From contig CAXXMV010000001.1 of assembly GCA_963662285.2 (NCBI GenBank), positions 320,001 through 384,000 of the forward strand: DNA of 64,000 nt, written 5' to 3'. A program made the translations under genes and the position numbers. Each line of letters opens with the position of its first letter. The first letter of the stretch is position 1. The notes beneath the pieces are model-generated. The model had not been told where the DNA came from. It worked only from the letters and a program-made list of their open reading frames with translations, and searched no databases. This stretch comes from a bacterium. GTDB lineage: Bacteria; Hinthialibacterota; Hinthialibacteria; Hinthialibacterales; Hinthialibacteraceae. Shown here piece by piece: positions 39,425 to 50,358 of the stretch.

Positions 39425-42166
39425 TTATTGTACAGCGTCCAAGTTTGTCTTACTTTTTTTTGCAAGCGCCGCATCTTCTTCAACTGCGTCAACATAGTAA
39501 CCCAGGAATTTGCCGCTGGTTTCGGTTCCATAATTGATTTGCAAGCGAATGTCGAAAGAATTTATGCCAATGCGAATATCTCTATTCGGAGGAGCTTTGA
39601 TGCGGGCGGAGATAACATTAGTAATCTTATCAATATACCGACCCGGATTTATAACATTGCCTTCTGCATCCGTGATATCGGATATGGGATAAAAAGTTTG
39701 ATTATAAAGGTCTTGAATAAATATTCCGTATTCATTATCGGCCGGTTTTCCATTAACCAGTTGGTATTTAAGAGCATTTCTCCCACTACTATTTTGAAAA
39801 CCCATTGCGGCGTAATTTGGTTTGATGCTAAATGATTCAATCTTCCCGCCAGTCAAAGAAATATCACTGGCGAAATCCCAATTCCATTCATCATTAGGCT
39901 GAATATGAAATTGACCTTGTTCAAATCTTCTGCCCTGCTGCATTCCATATACCACCATCCCCCCTCCATATCCTCCCCCAACTCTTCCCTGGATTGGCAT
40001 TATTCGGCCTTGTCCACCAGGTCTTATACCAGAATCTAGTAATGTCCAGGCATCCTGCTTAAGTATGATCCGTCCATGCATTGTTTTCTTAAGAGAGAAA
40101 ACCTGACATAAAAGCGCATCGCCTTTTAAATTGATATTTGGATTGTTATTGATGGAAAAAGGAAGCTGCGGTTTATTTAATCTTGCAGAAAGCACCGCCA
40201 TACCCAGTGATGGAAACTCTGCAAAAAATTCATAAGCGTATGTATCTTTTAAATTTTCCTGGATAAATTTTGCGGGATCTCGATGGTTATATCGTTGATA
40301 ATTTCCCTGGAATCTCATTGGGGGATTACCTTGATTATTGTTAAAATTCCTCATCTTTAATATTTCATGATTAATTGGCAGCGTTTCTCCATCGTTGATA
40401 CTGGCCAGGTTAAACTTTTTGTCTTTGATATAGATTGTTGGATCCAAAAGAATTTGACCGGTATTGTTGGTTACATTTCCCACGATGTTATCGCCTTGCC
40501 ATTTCAGATCGATATCAACGCCCTTACCCAAATCGCTTTCATGCTGGGTTCTCAAAATCTCCTGAGACCAGTGATGAATAAGAAAATTATCCACTTGCGG
40601 TCCAGTGTTGGCATATTGTATAAAAAGTTGTTTATCGGGAATTGTGTTGCGGCGTCCTGTGTACACAGTTGGAATTTGGGGAAAAGCAGCTGGATTGTCA
40701 AAATTAAAGGTATATCTTTTCCGCATGGGCGAATAGACCGAACAGAAGGTCGTACTTTGGGCTGCATTGGCGGATGATCGCGCTTCCACAATGCTTATTT
40801 CATTAACCGACACTTGCCCCTGTTGACGAAGCGCTCCGATATAATAAGCCCCGTAAGCGAATATTATCGCCCATATCGGGACGGTAAACCAAGCCCATTC
40901 CAAGCGACCCAACATGCGAAAAACGATATAGTTTATCGGAACGACCAACAGAATATAACAACCCAGATATATCGCGATAAACCATGTTCCCGGCAGTTCC
41001 GCTTGAATCATCCAACGAAGAAAACCAGTGGTTGATTCATCTAAGCGCCCGACAACCCTGGCGCTGAGAGGCAGAAAACTCTGCGTTAGATATTCATTAA
41101 AAATTCTATTGCGGATGGGATTGGCAAAGAGATTATTACTGATAGAGGACGCGACGTATACAATGCGGCCAGCCCCCCATTTTCTTTCCACTAAAAATGG
41201 ATCATCATCTGCTTTCAGCAAGACCTTAATTTTGGCATCATCCAATAGTTCTCCTGTAGCGATGACGATTGATGAATTCAACACCGGAAGTTCTGATTCC
41301 TCTGGATTGATTAATTGCGTCCCGGCATTTAATACGCGGGAGCCATCCAGGGTTTGGGGGATGTACAAGCGGAAGGGTGAATCATTTAATTCCTGCCAGC
41401 GTTCTCCTGCCGCCAGAACAAGCGTTCCTCCCATTTGAATCCATGATTCCAGGGCTTTTTCCTGCTCTGGATTAATGATGGTTGTCTGTCCTCCATCCCA
41501 TATCAATACATCCAGGTTTTGGTAAGCGATGGAATATTTCGGCAACAAAGAAGGAGTGGTGTAAATGACGCGACGGAATAAATCGACTGTTTCTTCTTCC
41601 TGATTATGAGCCAAGTGTTCATGAGAACCCCGTTCATCACTAATAACTGCAATAAATCGGTCGGTCTCGGCATAGGTTGTAGCGACAGTAACTGTTTCTA
41701 CCGGGATTTGTATTCTTCCAATTTGTACATGAAACTCCAGTTCATCTAAGGTGGGAGGGAAAAAAACCGTTAGGTCGTATGTTTTTTTGGCTTTGGTTGG
41801 AAGATCGATGGGAGTAGAGTATCTTACGCTGCCATCCTTCATCTTTACAACCAGTTCCCCTTTGACCGCTTCCTTATGGTTGGTTAATTCAACAATCAAA
41901 GGAACCCACGATTCTGCTCTGCGATAGGGTCTTTCGCTATCAACGCCGATGGTCACCACAGCTGTAATAGGATCAACCGGTTCGGTGATTCCTGGAATTG
42001 CTTGATCAGAACGGTTTGTCTTGGAAAAACTTTCCTGCGCCCGTGCTTGTTCTGAAGAGCATAAAACGAACAAGACCATCAATAAACTTCCAAATAAAAA
42101 CAGAGAAAGCATCCTGATCCGGGTAAGGAAGCGTTTTGGTTCAAGTAACCTTGCACCCAATTGCAT
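39425..42166 (-). CDS. Large membrane/periplasmic ABC-associated protein with GATase1-like domain
   Basis: Signal-like N-terminus (start uncertain, 42112-42241); LESWIQMGGTLVL..WGAGRIVY; two central TMs YILLVVPINY..WAWFTVP. Confidence 0.7.
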   Translation of the reverse strand: MQLGARLLEPKRFLTRIRMLSLFLFGSLLMVLFVLCSSEQARAQESFSKTNRSDQAIPGITEPVDPITAVVTIGVDSERPYRRAESWVPLIVELTNHKEAVKGELVVKMKDGSVRYSTPIDLPTKAKKTYDLTVFFPPTLDELEFHVQIGRIQIPVETVTVATTYAETDRFIAVISDERGSHEHLAHNQEEETVDLFRRVIYTTPSLLPKYSIAYQNLDVLIWDGGQTTIINPEQEKALESWIQMGGTLVLAAGERWQELNDSPFRLYIPQTLDGSRVLNAGTQLINPEESELPVLNSSIVIATGELLDDAKIKVLLKADDDPFLVERKWGAGRIVYVASSISNNLFANPIRNRIFNEYLTQSFLPLSARVVGRLDESTTGFLRWMIQAELPGTWFIAIYLGCYILLVVPINYIVFRMLGRLEWAWFTVPIWAIIFAYGAYYIGALRQQGQVSVNEISIVEARSSANAAQSTTFCSVYSPMRKRYTFNFDNPAAFPQIPTVYTGRRNTIPDKQLFIQYANTGPQVDNFLIHHWSQEILRTQHESDLGKGVDIDLKWQGDNIVGNVTNNTGQILLDPTIYIKDKKFNLASINDGETLPINHEILKMRNFNNNQGNPPMRFQGNYQRYNHRDPAKFIQENLKDTYAYEFFAEFPSLGMAVLSARLNKPQLPFSINNNPNINLKGDALLCQVFSLKKTMHGRIILKQDAWTLLDSGIRPGGQGRIMPIQGRVGGGYGGGMVVYGMQQGRRFEQGQFHIQPNDEWNWDFASDISLTGGKIESFSIKPNYAAMGFQNSSGRNALKYQLVNGKPADNEYGIFIQDLYNQTFYPISDITDAEGNVINPGRYIDKITNVISARIKAPPNRDIRIGINSFDIRLQINYGTETSGKFLGYYVDAVEEDAALAKKSKTNLDAVQ

Positions 42167-42364
42167 AACGACTCTTGTGTTTTTATCACATTCCCCAAAC
42201 AAACGCTCATCCCCCTTTAATTGATTTAGTGACAATGTCAAGAAAGTGTAATATATTATTTATATACACGTTATATATCTTGTTATATGAAAAGAATAGG
42301 TTAATTGTAAATCTTTGTCATGCAAAATAATATCTAACATGCTAAATTTTCCCGGTAAAAAATA

Positions 42365-44269
42365 ATGAATCTGCTGCTATCACCATTATTATGGCGTGAT
42401 TTACGTCTTTTTCTTCGCACTTGGAAATCATTCATTGCTTTGCTCATTTTCCTGGTGGTGCTCGAATTACTGGTAAGCCTTAATTGGACCAATCTGATTG
42501 AATCCTGGGACATAAATGGAGATAACTCAAAAACCACGCGAATGCTCTTTTACTCATTAGTTCGCGGTCATCTTCTGTTTTTGGTATTCTTTACTCCATT
42601 TTTGACTGCTACAGCCTTTTTCAGTGAACGGGAGCAGGGCACATTCGAGTTGCTGCTCTCCTCTCCCATATCTAATATTCATATTGTGCTGGCCAAACTA
42701 CTGGCGTCACTGGGATTCGTCTTTATTCTATTACTGGCCGGTTCACCTATATTAGTACTTTGCGTGGTAGGCGGCGGTATCTCAAATTATGATATAACAG
42801 GCGCATACGGGTTATTTTTATGTTCTATCCTGGTTTATGGCTCTCTGGGTTTATTCAGCGCCACTTTATTCTCGAAAACTTACCAGACCATGCTGGCAAC
42901 AGCTTTAATGACATTTACCGTTACGGTAATCATCCCATTCCATCAAACAGTTTTATCGTATATTGATCCAAGATTCACGTCATATTTGAATCGTCTGATA
43001 AATCCTATTGATCAAATACAACGTTTAATCACTGAACAACGTATCGGGTCCGGTGGATTCTTCACACTATTTGAGACGACCAACCACGGCATGGAATTCA
43101 TAAATCCTTTATATGTGCAATATTTTTTAATATATCCGAGCCGCTTAAACTCATCAGCCATATTTGCTTCTTTTGGATTATGCTCACTCTTATTGTGTTT
43201 GATATTCCTGCTTGGAACACTGATCAGAATCCGTATTCTAAGCCAGGACTTCAGTAGAAAAACGCCGGGGAAAAGAAAAAATTACAATATCAACGATAAT
43301 AATTCAAATATTTTGCTGTATGACTTAACTGGAGAAAGAGACTCGATGCAATCTCCATCATCCCTCAGCGCCAGCCAACTTTTGGAAAAAAGAGGGCAGT
43401 GGTACGCCCGTTCCGGCGGTTTGATTAGAATCTGTTATATCACGGTTATCGCATCATTATTGATATTACCAATTGCATCGAGCGATTCTTCTTTATTATT
43501 CTTCCTCTTACCTCTCTTCATGACATTGCTCATCACATTACCGATCACTGCAACCCGTTTTGGAATAGAGCGCGAGCAAGGCACTTTTGATCTACTACGC
43601 ACTACATTGATGCCCATGAGCGATTATATTAATTCAAAATTTAATACATGCCGGAAATATAGCATTATTTTCGCCTTAGCTCTTTATATCCCCGGAATGT
43701 CAACCCGTTTTATTTACCGGTGGCGGAGCAATTATACATATTTCTTGATGGACGTTATTATTTTATTTGGATACCCTATCTTCCTATATGTTTGCATTAA
43801 TTTTTATACGGCGTTGGCGCTCTATGGATCAGCACGTTTCAAGAAAACCAATCATGCACTGCTGTCCATCGGATTGGTGATTCTGTTAACCATAATTACG
43901 CCTTTGTATTTCGTCTCTTATCATATTGACGGACCTCAATTAAGGCCAACATCAGGAGATCCAATGATGAAAGTGGTGTATTTTGTTGATGATATTGAAG
44001 ACAACGCATCACGAATAGTAAAATGGGTGCGTATAAAGGGATGCATGCTGCTCTCTCCACTGATTAGCGTGCTGGCGGTTTTGCCTAGAGGTCAAACCAG
44101 GCTGCTGATTCACGATACAGGCAGGCTTGGCTTCCCCTTTAATCCGGTTCCGAAAGGAACTTTACCAGTGGGCGCCTACTTTTTTGTTATTTCTCAATGT
44201 TTTATCTTCTTAGGATTGACAACATTATTGAAACGTTGGACTGTAAGAATCATTGATAAAGTGAAATAA
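42365..44269 (+). CDS. ABC-2 type permease with duplicated membrane module
   Basis: EREQGTFELLLSSP and EREQGTFDLLRTT. Confidence 0.82.
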   Translation: MNLLLSPLLWRDLRLFLRTWKSFIALLIFLVVLELLVSLNWTNLIESWDINGDNSKTTRMLFYSLVRGHLLFLVFFTPFLTATAFFSEREQGTFELLLSSPISNIHIVLAKLLASLGFVFILLLAGSPILVLCVVGGGISNYDITGAYGLFLCSILVYGSLGLFSATLFSKTYQTMLATALMTFTVTVIIPFHQTVLSYIDPRFTSYLNRLINPIDQIQRLITEQRIGSGGFFTLFETTNHGMEFINPLYVQYFLIYPSRLNSSAIFASFGLCSLLLCLIFLLGTLIRIRILSQDFSRKTPGKRKNYNINDNNSNILLYDLTGERDSMQSPSSLSASQLLEKRGQWYARSGGLIRICYITVIASLLILPIASSDSSLLFFLLPLFMTLLITLPITATRFGIEREQGTFDLLRTTLMPMSDYINSKFNTCRKYSIIFALALYIPGMSTRFIYRWRSNYTYFLMDVIILFGYPIFLYVCINFYTALALYGSARFKKTNHALLSIGLVILLTIITPLYFVSYHIDGPQLRPTSGDPMMKVVYFVDDIEDNASRIVKWVRIKGCMLLSPLISVLAVLPRGQTRLLIHDTGRLGFPFNPVPKGTLPVGAYFFVISQCFIFLGLTTLLKRWTVRIIDKVK

Positions 44270-44271
44270 AG

Positions 44272-46029
44272 ATGATATCTATGGATAGCGTAAAGATTAC
44301 TCAAAAAGCCCACTTTTTAAGCTCCCCTCTGCTGATACGTGAAATCCGGATTTTTTTACGAAGCAATAAAGCCTTTCTTTGCTTGTTATTGTTTCTCGGA
44401 GCTCTGGTAATAACCGTCATGATGAACTGGGCTGCTTTTACAGAACATTGGCGGCCTGATCGTGATATTGCCAGAGGCGCCCGCATCTTTTTTCACTCGC
44501 TGGCCAGTGGTCATTTATATTTGATTATCTTATTTATGCCATTTCTCTTAGCGCCATCCATAGTTGAAGAGCGCGAAAAGAATACGCTTGACCTATTGGT
44601 ATCATCCCCAATATCCATCGCCCATCTTGTATTGGCGAAATTAATCTCTCCATTGTTATTCGTCTTTATGCTATTGACCGCCGCGCTGCCCGTTCTGGCT
44701 CTCTGCTTTTTAGGCGGTGGATTGGGAATGATAGATGTGTTGTACGCATATATAATTATGCTGGCAACATCTGTTATTTACTCTTGCCTGGGACTTTTAT
44801 GTTCAACGCTCCGCTCTCGAGTATATGAAGTCTATCTGGTTGCTGTTCTGATGACTGTTGTTCTTTGCCTGGTTATCCCCTTTCATGGCAGTCTATGGCG
44901 ATACATTACTGTAGTGAAATGGGTAGAGGGAGGATCAATTAATCATGGCTTAGAATTTTTGAGTCCATTTTATATACTGAGAAGTTTGATTTATACGCCC
45001 GCCGGCGTCGCCAGAAGCACCTATATATTTATTTATCTTTTCATAACACTGGCTCTGAGTGGAATGATGATGATTACCTCTTTCGCCATTGTCCGCAGGA
45101 TTGCATCAGGAACAGCATTTGGCTCTGACTATAAAGAAGATGATGATGAAGATAATGATATCATTAAGGCCTATGCGCGCGATTACTATATCTCCTTTGA
45201 TAGTACTTCGCAGGATGGAAATCCCGGCCTGGTGCTGGAGCGCCGGGTGCAATGGTTCTCCCGTTTACCCGTTTTAATGCGCTTGTTTTACAGTTCTTTG
45301 ATGCTATCGATTCTGACGCTGCCATTGGCGTCTTATCAGGGATCGTGGATATTTTTGTCTCTGCCATTTATTTCAGCGGCTTTTTTCACTCTGCCTTTAG
45401 CGGCCACCAGCATCAGTTCGGATTATGAGCGTGAAACTATATATTTATTACGAACATCTCTATTAAGTTCAAAACAGATAGTTTACGCCAAATTTCTCTC
45501 TAGTCTTCAATACAGTTTTGTTATTGCCTTGGCGCTATATTTCCCCGGCATGGCTTTTCAGTTGTTCTTTAGTTTCATGGGCTATGAAGTCGACCTGGTA
45601 TCCAATTTCGCCGACACGATAGCCATGATTTTTTACCCGGTAGCGCTATTTTTCTCTTTGCTTATGTATAACGCCTGGGGGCTGTTATGTTCATCATATT
45701 TCCGGCATTCCAATAAATCTCTTATCGTTTCCGGAGTTATAATATTAGTAACCATATGTGCGCCTTTTTTGGTTCCCCAAATTGATTTTTTCGCATTATC
45801 TTCGATATCGTATTTTTTGACATTTATATTAATGTTTCTCAGTCCTCTGGCGGGGATCATAACCCTATATCCACCAGGCACCATTAAGTATTTGGAACGT
45901 TCTTTGTTTGAAATAAGAAATCTATCTGAAATCCCCTATATTTTTCCATTGTTTCAATGCATATTCTTCTTGATAATTACATATTTTCTGTTAAAAAAGA
46001 CAATCTATTTTCTTGAACACAATGATTAG
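44272..46029 (+). CDS. ABC-2 type permease (paralog of the upstream gene)
   Basis: EEREKNTLDLLVSSP and DYERETIYLLRTS; NHG(M/L)EF shared with the upstream gene. Confidence 0.82.
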   Translation: MISMDSVKITQKAHFLSSPLLIREIRIFLRSNKAFLCLLLFLGALVITVMMNWAAFTEHWRPDRDIARGARIFFHSLASGHLYLIILFMPFLLAPSIVEEREKNTLDLLVSSPISIAHLVLAKLISPLLFVFMLLTAALPVLALCFLGGGLGMIDVLYAYIIMLATSVIYSCLGLLCSTLRSRVYEVYLVAVLMTVVLCLVIPFHGSLWRYITVVKWVEGGSINHGLEFLSPFYILRSLIYTPAGVARSTYIFIYLFITLALSGMMMITSFAIVRRIASGTAFGSDYKEDDDEDNDIIKAYARDYYISFDSTSQDGNPGLVLERRVQWFSRLPVLMRLFYSSLMLSILTLPLASYQGSWIFLSLPFISAAFFTLPLAATSISSDYERETIYLLRTSLLSSKQIVYAKFLSSLQYSFVIALALYFPGMAFQLFFSFMGYEVDLVSNFADTIAMIFYPVALFFSLLMYNAWGLLCSSYFRHSNKSLIVSGVIILVTICAPFLVPQIDFFALSSISYFLTFILMFLSPLAGIITLYPPGTIKYLERSLFEIRNLSEIPYIFPLFQCIFFLIITYFLLKKTIYFLEHND

Positions 46030-46100
46030 ATAGATTTTTGAATAATAGAATCGGTGAACGGATGAACTCCAGGTAAAATCACGGACGCCTTGCCATTTTA

Positions 46101-46769
46101 TTGTCGAATGATAATATTAAAATATACATAAATCCTATGCAATTACTATATCGAATCCAACGGTTTATAATACGAACTCTTTTAAGGAGTTATATCAGGT
46201 TAATTGTTAAAGGCAATGAAAATGTCCCTGCTAATGGTTCAGTTATAATTGCTGCAAATCACTGTAGTTATCTGGATCCACCATTAATTGGACTCGGTCT
46301 GCCCCGACAAGTAACCTACCTCGCGAAAGAAGAACTTTTTTCAATCCCCTTATTAGGATGGTGGCTTCGATCTATAGGATCATATCCTGTTGCTCGTGGC
46401 AAAGGGGATATTCGCGTAATTAAAACCGCTTTACGGCTATTAAAAGAAGACAAAACAATACTTATTTTCCCTGAAGGGACGCGCAGCAGTGATGGCAATT
46501 TACAGCCTCTGGAAAAAGGGCTGGCCTGGCTGGCTTTGAAAGCAGGCGTATCTGTATTACCTGTTTATACATCAGATACCTTCCGGCTGTACCCTCGATC
46601 TGCACGTTTCCCCAAACCGGGAGTAGTGCGATTCCTGGTGGGCAAGCCGATTTTGCCGGTTTTAGATAAAGAAACTGATTTTGCAGAACAAGTTAATTGC
46701 TTTACCGCACAGATTGAAACAGCGTTAAAATCGCTGGAAGCAGAAGTAAAGAATTCGGCGGTAGAATGA
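46101..46769 (+). CDS. plsC: 1-acyl-sn-glycerol-3-phosphate acyltransferase
   Basis: NHCSYLD, FPEGTRS; start may be ATG 46137. Confidence 0.92.
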   Translation: MSNDNIKIYINPMQLLYRIQRFIIRTLLRSYIRLIVKGNENVPANGSVIIAANHCSYLDPPLIGLGLPRQVTYLAKEELFSIPLLGWWLRSIGSYPVARGKGDIRVIKTALRLLKEDKTILIFPEGTRSSDGNLQPLEKGLAWLALKAGVSVLPVYTSDTFRLYPRSARFPKPGVVRFLVGKPILPVLDKETDFAEQVNCFTAQIETALKSLEAEVKNSAVE

Positions 46770-46943
46770 TAAAAAAAGAATCATTCTGTTGCTGAGGCTT
46801 AACTCAAAGCAAAATTATTGTAAAATCCATTGCGGTTTGGACATTATTTCTGACGCCTACGAAATACCTGTCCGATCCTTGCAGTAGATCAATATTTATA
46901 AAAATATTATATAAATATTAATTCCAAAATTGGAGCGAGCTAG

Positions 46944-49067
46944 ATGATAGGTCAGGAACGAGAGCTAGCGGTTTCACAGACCGCAGAAGAACCAGTTATG
47001 TCGGAAGGACAGGTTCCCTTAACAGACGATATTGATTCCGATGATTTTTTGCAAGATGAAGATTTCGACATGGGCGCCCTTATCGATCAGACGATGTCTA
47101 AGATAGAATCAGGGCAGGTCATCACTGGCATAGTACTTAAGGTCTCCTCGGATGGAGTAATAGTCGATATTGGTTCCAAATCCGAAGGGGTGATTCCACT
47201 CAACGAGTTTCTGGAAGACGGGAAAGACCCCAACGTCTATCAAGGGATGGAAGTGGAAGTCATGGTTGTCAAAAGAGAAGGACGCGACGGTCTTCCTATT
47301 TTGTCTAGACGACGCGCTAAAGAGCGTATCTCTAAACGAAACCTCCGACATGCCTTTAAAGATGGCACGCCGGTTAGATGCGTTGTGAAAGAAATTCTAC
47401 GCGGTGGATTCCAGGTTGATGTTGACGGAGTACGCGGTTTTATTCCTTTCTCGCAAATGGGACCGGGAGCGCGTTCTGCCGAAGAACAGAAATCTTTGAT
47501 CAATCAAGCCATCGAAGTAAAAATTCTGGAAATGCGTAATAGACGCGATCTGATTCTTTCTCAGCGTAAATGGTTAGACGAAAAACGTGAAAAACTTCGT
47601 TCCGAAACGCTGGGATCGCTTAAAGAAGGATACTGGATCAACGGCGTAGTCAAGAATCTGACCGATTTCGGCGCCTTCGTGGATTTAGGCGGTCTCGATG
47701 GATTGCTTCATGTTAAGGATATGTCCTGGGGACATGTGGCGCATCCTCGCGAAATGGTTAAAGTCGGCGACGAACTAAAGGTTATGGTACTCAGCGTCGA
47801 AGGCGACCGGATTTCGCTTGGCCTGAAACATAACGCCCCTGATCCCTGGCTTGCAGTTGATGAGAAATATCCTCCTAACTCAATCGTTGGCGGAACTGTA
47901 ACCAGTTTGACAAAATACGGCGCTTTCATCTGTCTTGAAGAAGGCGTTGAAGGTTTGATTCATATATCGGAAATGTCGTGGACCAAACGGGTTCACCATC
48001 CATCCGAAATTCTCAAAGAAAAAGAAGAAGTACGGGTCAAGGTGCTAGGCATCGATAAGGAACGTCAACGCATATCCTTAAGCCTGCGCCAGACGGCAGT
48101 TGATCCATGGACCCTGGCTAAAACCAATTATCCTACGGGAACCATTATCTCCGGCGAAATCACTGGCATGACCGATTTCGGCGCTTTTGTCCGGTTGCCT
48201 GAAGGCGTTGATGGCATGGTTCACGTTTCTGATCTCTCCTGGGGAGAAAAAGTTTCTCATCCCAAACAAGTATTGAAAAAAGGCGAGCAGATTCGTTGCA
48301 AGGTTCTCGAAATTGATCCATCTCAACAGCGCATTTCACTTGGCTTAAAACAGATGGAACCGGATCCATGGTTTGTCGCCAAAGAGAAATATCCTGTTGG
48401 AGCAATGGTTGAGGTCAAAGTGACGCGCGTGACCGAATTTGGCGCCTTTGTTGAACTTGAAGAAGGTCTCGAAGGTTTAGCGCATATTTCCACCCTCTCC
48501 ACTGTAAAAGGCCAGAAAACAGAAGAAATTCTCAAAGTTGATGACAAATTAGTAATGAAAATCATCAAATTTGATATTGGCAATCATAAGATCAGCCTGT
48601 CACTTAAAGATTACCTTCAGGATCAAGAAAAGAAGGAAATCAAGAAGTACATGTCTGACGATAGCGGAGGCAACGCTACTCTAGGCGAGCTGCTCGGCGA
48701 ACAGATGAGAGCTCTTATGGATAAACAGCATTCCGAAGAGCCTGTAGTTGAAGAGTCGGTTGTCGAAGAGGCTCCAGTTGCCGAAGAGGCTCCTGTAGTC
48801 GAAGAAGTTCCAGTTGCCGAAGAGGCTCCAGTTGCCGAAGAGGCTCCAGTTGCCGAAGAGGCTCCAGTTGCCGAAGAGGCTCCAGTTGCCGAAGAGGCTC
48901 CAGTTGCCGAAGAGGCTCCAGTTGCCGAAGAGGCTCCAGTTGCCGAAGAGGCTCCAGTTGCCGAAGAGGCTCCAGTTGCCGAAGAGGCTCCAGTTGCCGA
49001 AGAGGCTCCAGTTGCCGAAGAGGCTGTAGTCGAAGAGCCTGTTGAAGAAGAAAAACCTCAAGAATAG
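46944..49067 (+). CDS. rpsA: 30S ribosomal protein S1 with acidic repetitive C-terminal tail
   Basis: Six S1 domains ([15 protein letters not shown]...); tail of EEAPVA repeats. Confidence 0.96.
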   Translation: MIGQERELAVSQTAEEPVMSEGQVPLTDDIDSDDFLQDEDFDMGALIDQTMSKIESGQVITGIVLKVSSDGVIVDIGSKSEGVIPLNEFLEDGKDPNVYQGMEVEVMVVKREGRDGLPILSRRRAKERISKRNLRHAFKDGTPVRCVVKEILRGGFQVDVDGVRGFIPFSQMGPGARSAEEQKSLINQAIEVKILEMRNRRDLILSQRKWLDEKREKLRSETLGSLKEGYWINGVVKNLTDFGAFVDLGGLDGLLHVKDMSWGHVAHPREMVKVGDELKVMVLSVEGDRISLGLKHNAPDPWLAVDEKYPPNSIVGGTVTSLTKYGAFICLEEGVEGLIHISEMSWTKRVHHPSEILKEKEEVRVKVLGIDKERQRISLSLRQTAVDPWTLAKTNYPTGTIISGEITGMTDFGAFVRLPEGVDGMVHVSDLSWGEKVSHPKQVLKKGEQIRCKVLEIDPSQQRISLGLKQMEPDPWFVAKEKYPVGAMVEVKVTRVTEFGAFVELEEGLEGLAHISTLSTVKGQKTEEILKVDDKLVMKIIKFDIGNHKISLSLKDYLQDQEKKEIKKYMSDDSGGNATLGELLGEQMRALMDKQHSEEPVVEESVVEEAPVAEEAPVVEEVPVAEEAPVAEEAPVAEEAPVAEEAPVAEEAPVAEEAPVAEEAPVAEEAPVAEEAPVAEEAPVAEEAPVAEEAVVEEPVEEEKPQE
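48819..49016 (+). repeat. Coding VNTR: 11 perfect copies of GAAGAGGCTCCAGTTGCC, plus degenerate flanking units
   Basis: Direct count: 198 bp = 11 x 18. Confidence 0.95.
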
Positions 49068-49096
49068 ACTTAAATAAGTTTTTAGATAAATATCAG

Positions 49097-49130
49097 AACG
49101 GCCTTGTGGATTTCACAAGGCCGTTTTTTT
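49097..49130 (+). terminator. Intrinsic terminator of rpsA
   Basis: AACGGCCTTGTG-gattt-CACAAGGCCGTT-TTTTT. Confidence 0.9.
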
Positions 49131-49162
49131 AGTGTATTGAATTGTTATTTTATTGGAAGAAA

Positions 49163-50320
49163 TTATGTATTGGTAAGAACCAGGTTATCCCGGTGAACTG
49201 CAATAGCGGCTTTGCGGGTATTTAGCATCTCTTGGATTTCTTTGCCGGAACGTCCTTGAATTTTCATGAGTTCTTTGGAAGACATGCCAACCAGACCTCG
49301 CGCGATTTCATTACCTTTGAGATCAATTATCTGTACTAAGTCTTTATTCTTAAAATTACCTGTTGTGGCGCTAACTCCAGTTGCCAAAAGGCTCTTGCCG
49401 CCCTCTCTCAATGCTTTAGCCGCTCCATCGTCAACAATGATTTTCCCGCCGCAGGGGTTTTTGGCGAATGCCAGGTAGTATTTCCAGGCATGCATTCTCT
49501 TCTTGGCGGGCATAATCCAGGTTGCTTTGGATTTTCCTGAAAGAAGGTTTCCTATAATTCCTTTTTTCAATCCATTCGATATAACCACAGGAATTCCCTT
49601 GGAGGATGCGGCTTGGGCGGCTAATAATTTAGAATTCATACCTCCCATGGACAAGCGGTCGTTTTTATCCTGGATAAACGATTGCACCTCGTCGAAATTA
49701 TTATCGATAATTTCGATCAGGTCTTTGGAGCGCTTCCCTTCTTTGAAAGTACGGAATAATCCATCTACAGTCGTGAGAAGCAGTAATAATCCCGCATCCA
49801 GTTTCCCCGCAACCAATGAAGCCAGCATGTCATTATCGCCGAATTTTAGTTCTTCATTGGCCACCGTATCATTCTCATTAATGATGGGCAGTACGCCCAT
49901 GGTTAGCAGATGCTCTAATGTTTCCCGCACATTAAGATAGGATGAGCGGCGATCAAGGTCTGAGCGGGTTAAAAGCACTTGCGCAATAGTTATATCGTAT
50001 TCCTTAAATAAAAGGCTGTACTGGTTCATCAAGCGGCTTTGACCGATAGCAGCGTAGGCTTGCCTCAAATTGATTGATGATGGTCTGCCCTGCACTCCCA
50101 TGGTTCGCAAACCGGCGCCAACGGCGCCGGATGAAACCAACACCACATCGATTCCATTTTGTCGAAGATTAGCAATCTCTTTAACAATGGATTCCATAAC
50201 TGGTTTGTTAAAATGGGTTTGTTTTTTATCGATTACGCGAGTGCCGACCTTAATAACAACACGTTTTATATCTTTGAGAAGAACGGAAGTTGCTGTTTTC
50301 GTGTTTTGAATAGTAGACAT
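49163..50320 (-). CDS. proB: Glutamate 5-kinase
   Basis: VIKVGT, SSGAV, INENDTV, FGDND, GGMNSK, PUA domain. Confidence 0.96.
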   Translation of the reverse strand: MSTIQNTKTATSVLLKDIKRVVIKVGTRVIDKKQTHFNKPVMESIVKEIANLRQNGIDVVLVSSGAVGAGLRTMGVQGRPSSINLRQAYAAIGQSRLMNQYSLLFKEYDITIAQVLLTRSDLDRRSSYLNVRETLEHLLTMGVLPIINENDTVANEELKFGDNDMLASLVAGKLDAGLLLLLTTVDGLFRTFKEGKRSKDLIEIIDNNFDEVQSFIQDKNDRLSMGGMNSKLLAAQAASSKGIPVVISNGLKKGIIGNLLSGKSKATWIMPAKKRMHAWKYYLAFAKNPCGGKIIVDDGAAKALREGGKSLLATGVSATTGNFKNKDLVQIIDLKGNEIARGLVGMSSKELMKIQGRSGKEIQEMLNTRKAAIAVHRDNLVLTNT

Positions 50321-50358
50321 GATATAAATTCTAAATTCACCTAATAAACTGATTTATC

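Noticed and set aside
48681-49061. Repetitive ORFs (SLFGNW)n and (PKRLQL)n, or a CRISPR array
   Set aside because: Alternative frames of the rpsA 18-bp tandem repeat; no spacers and no cas genes
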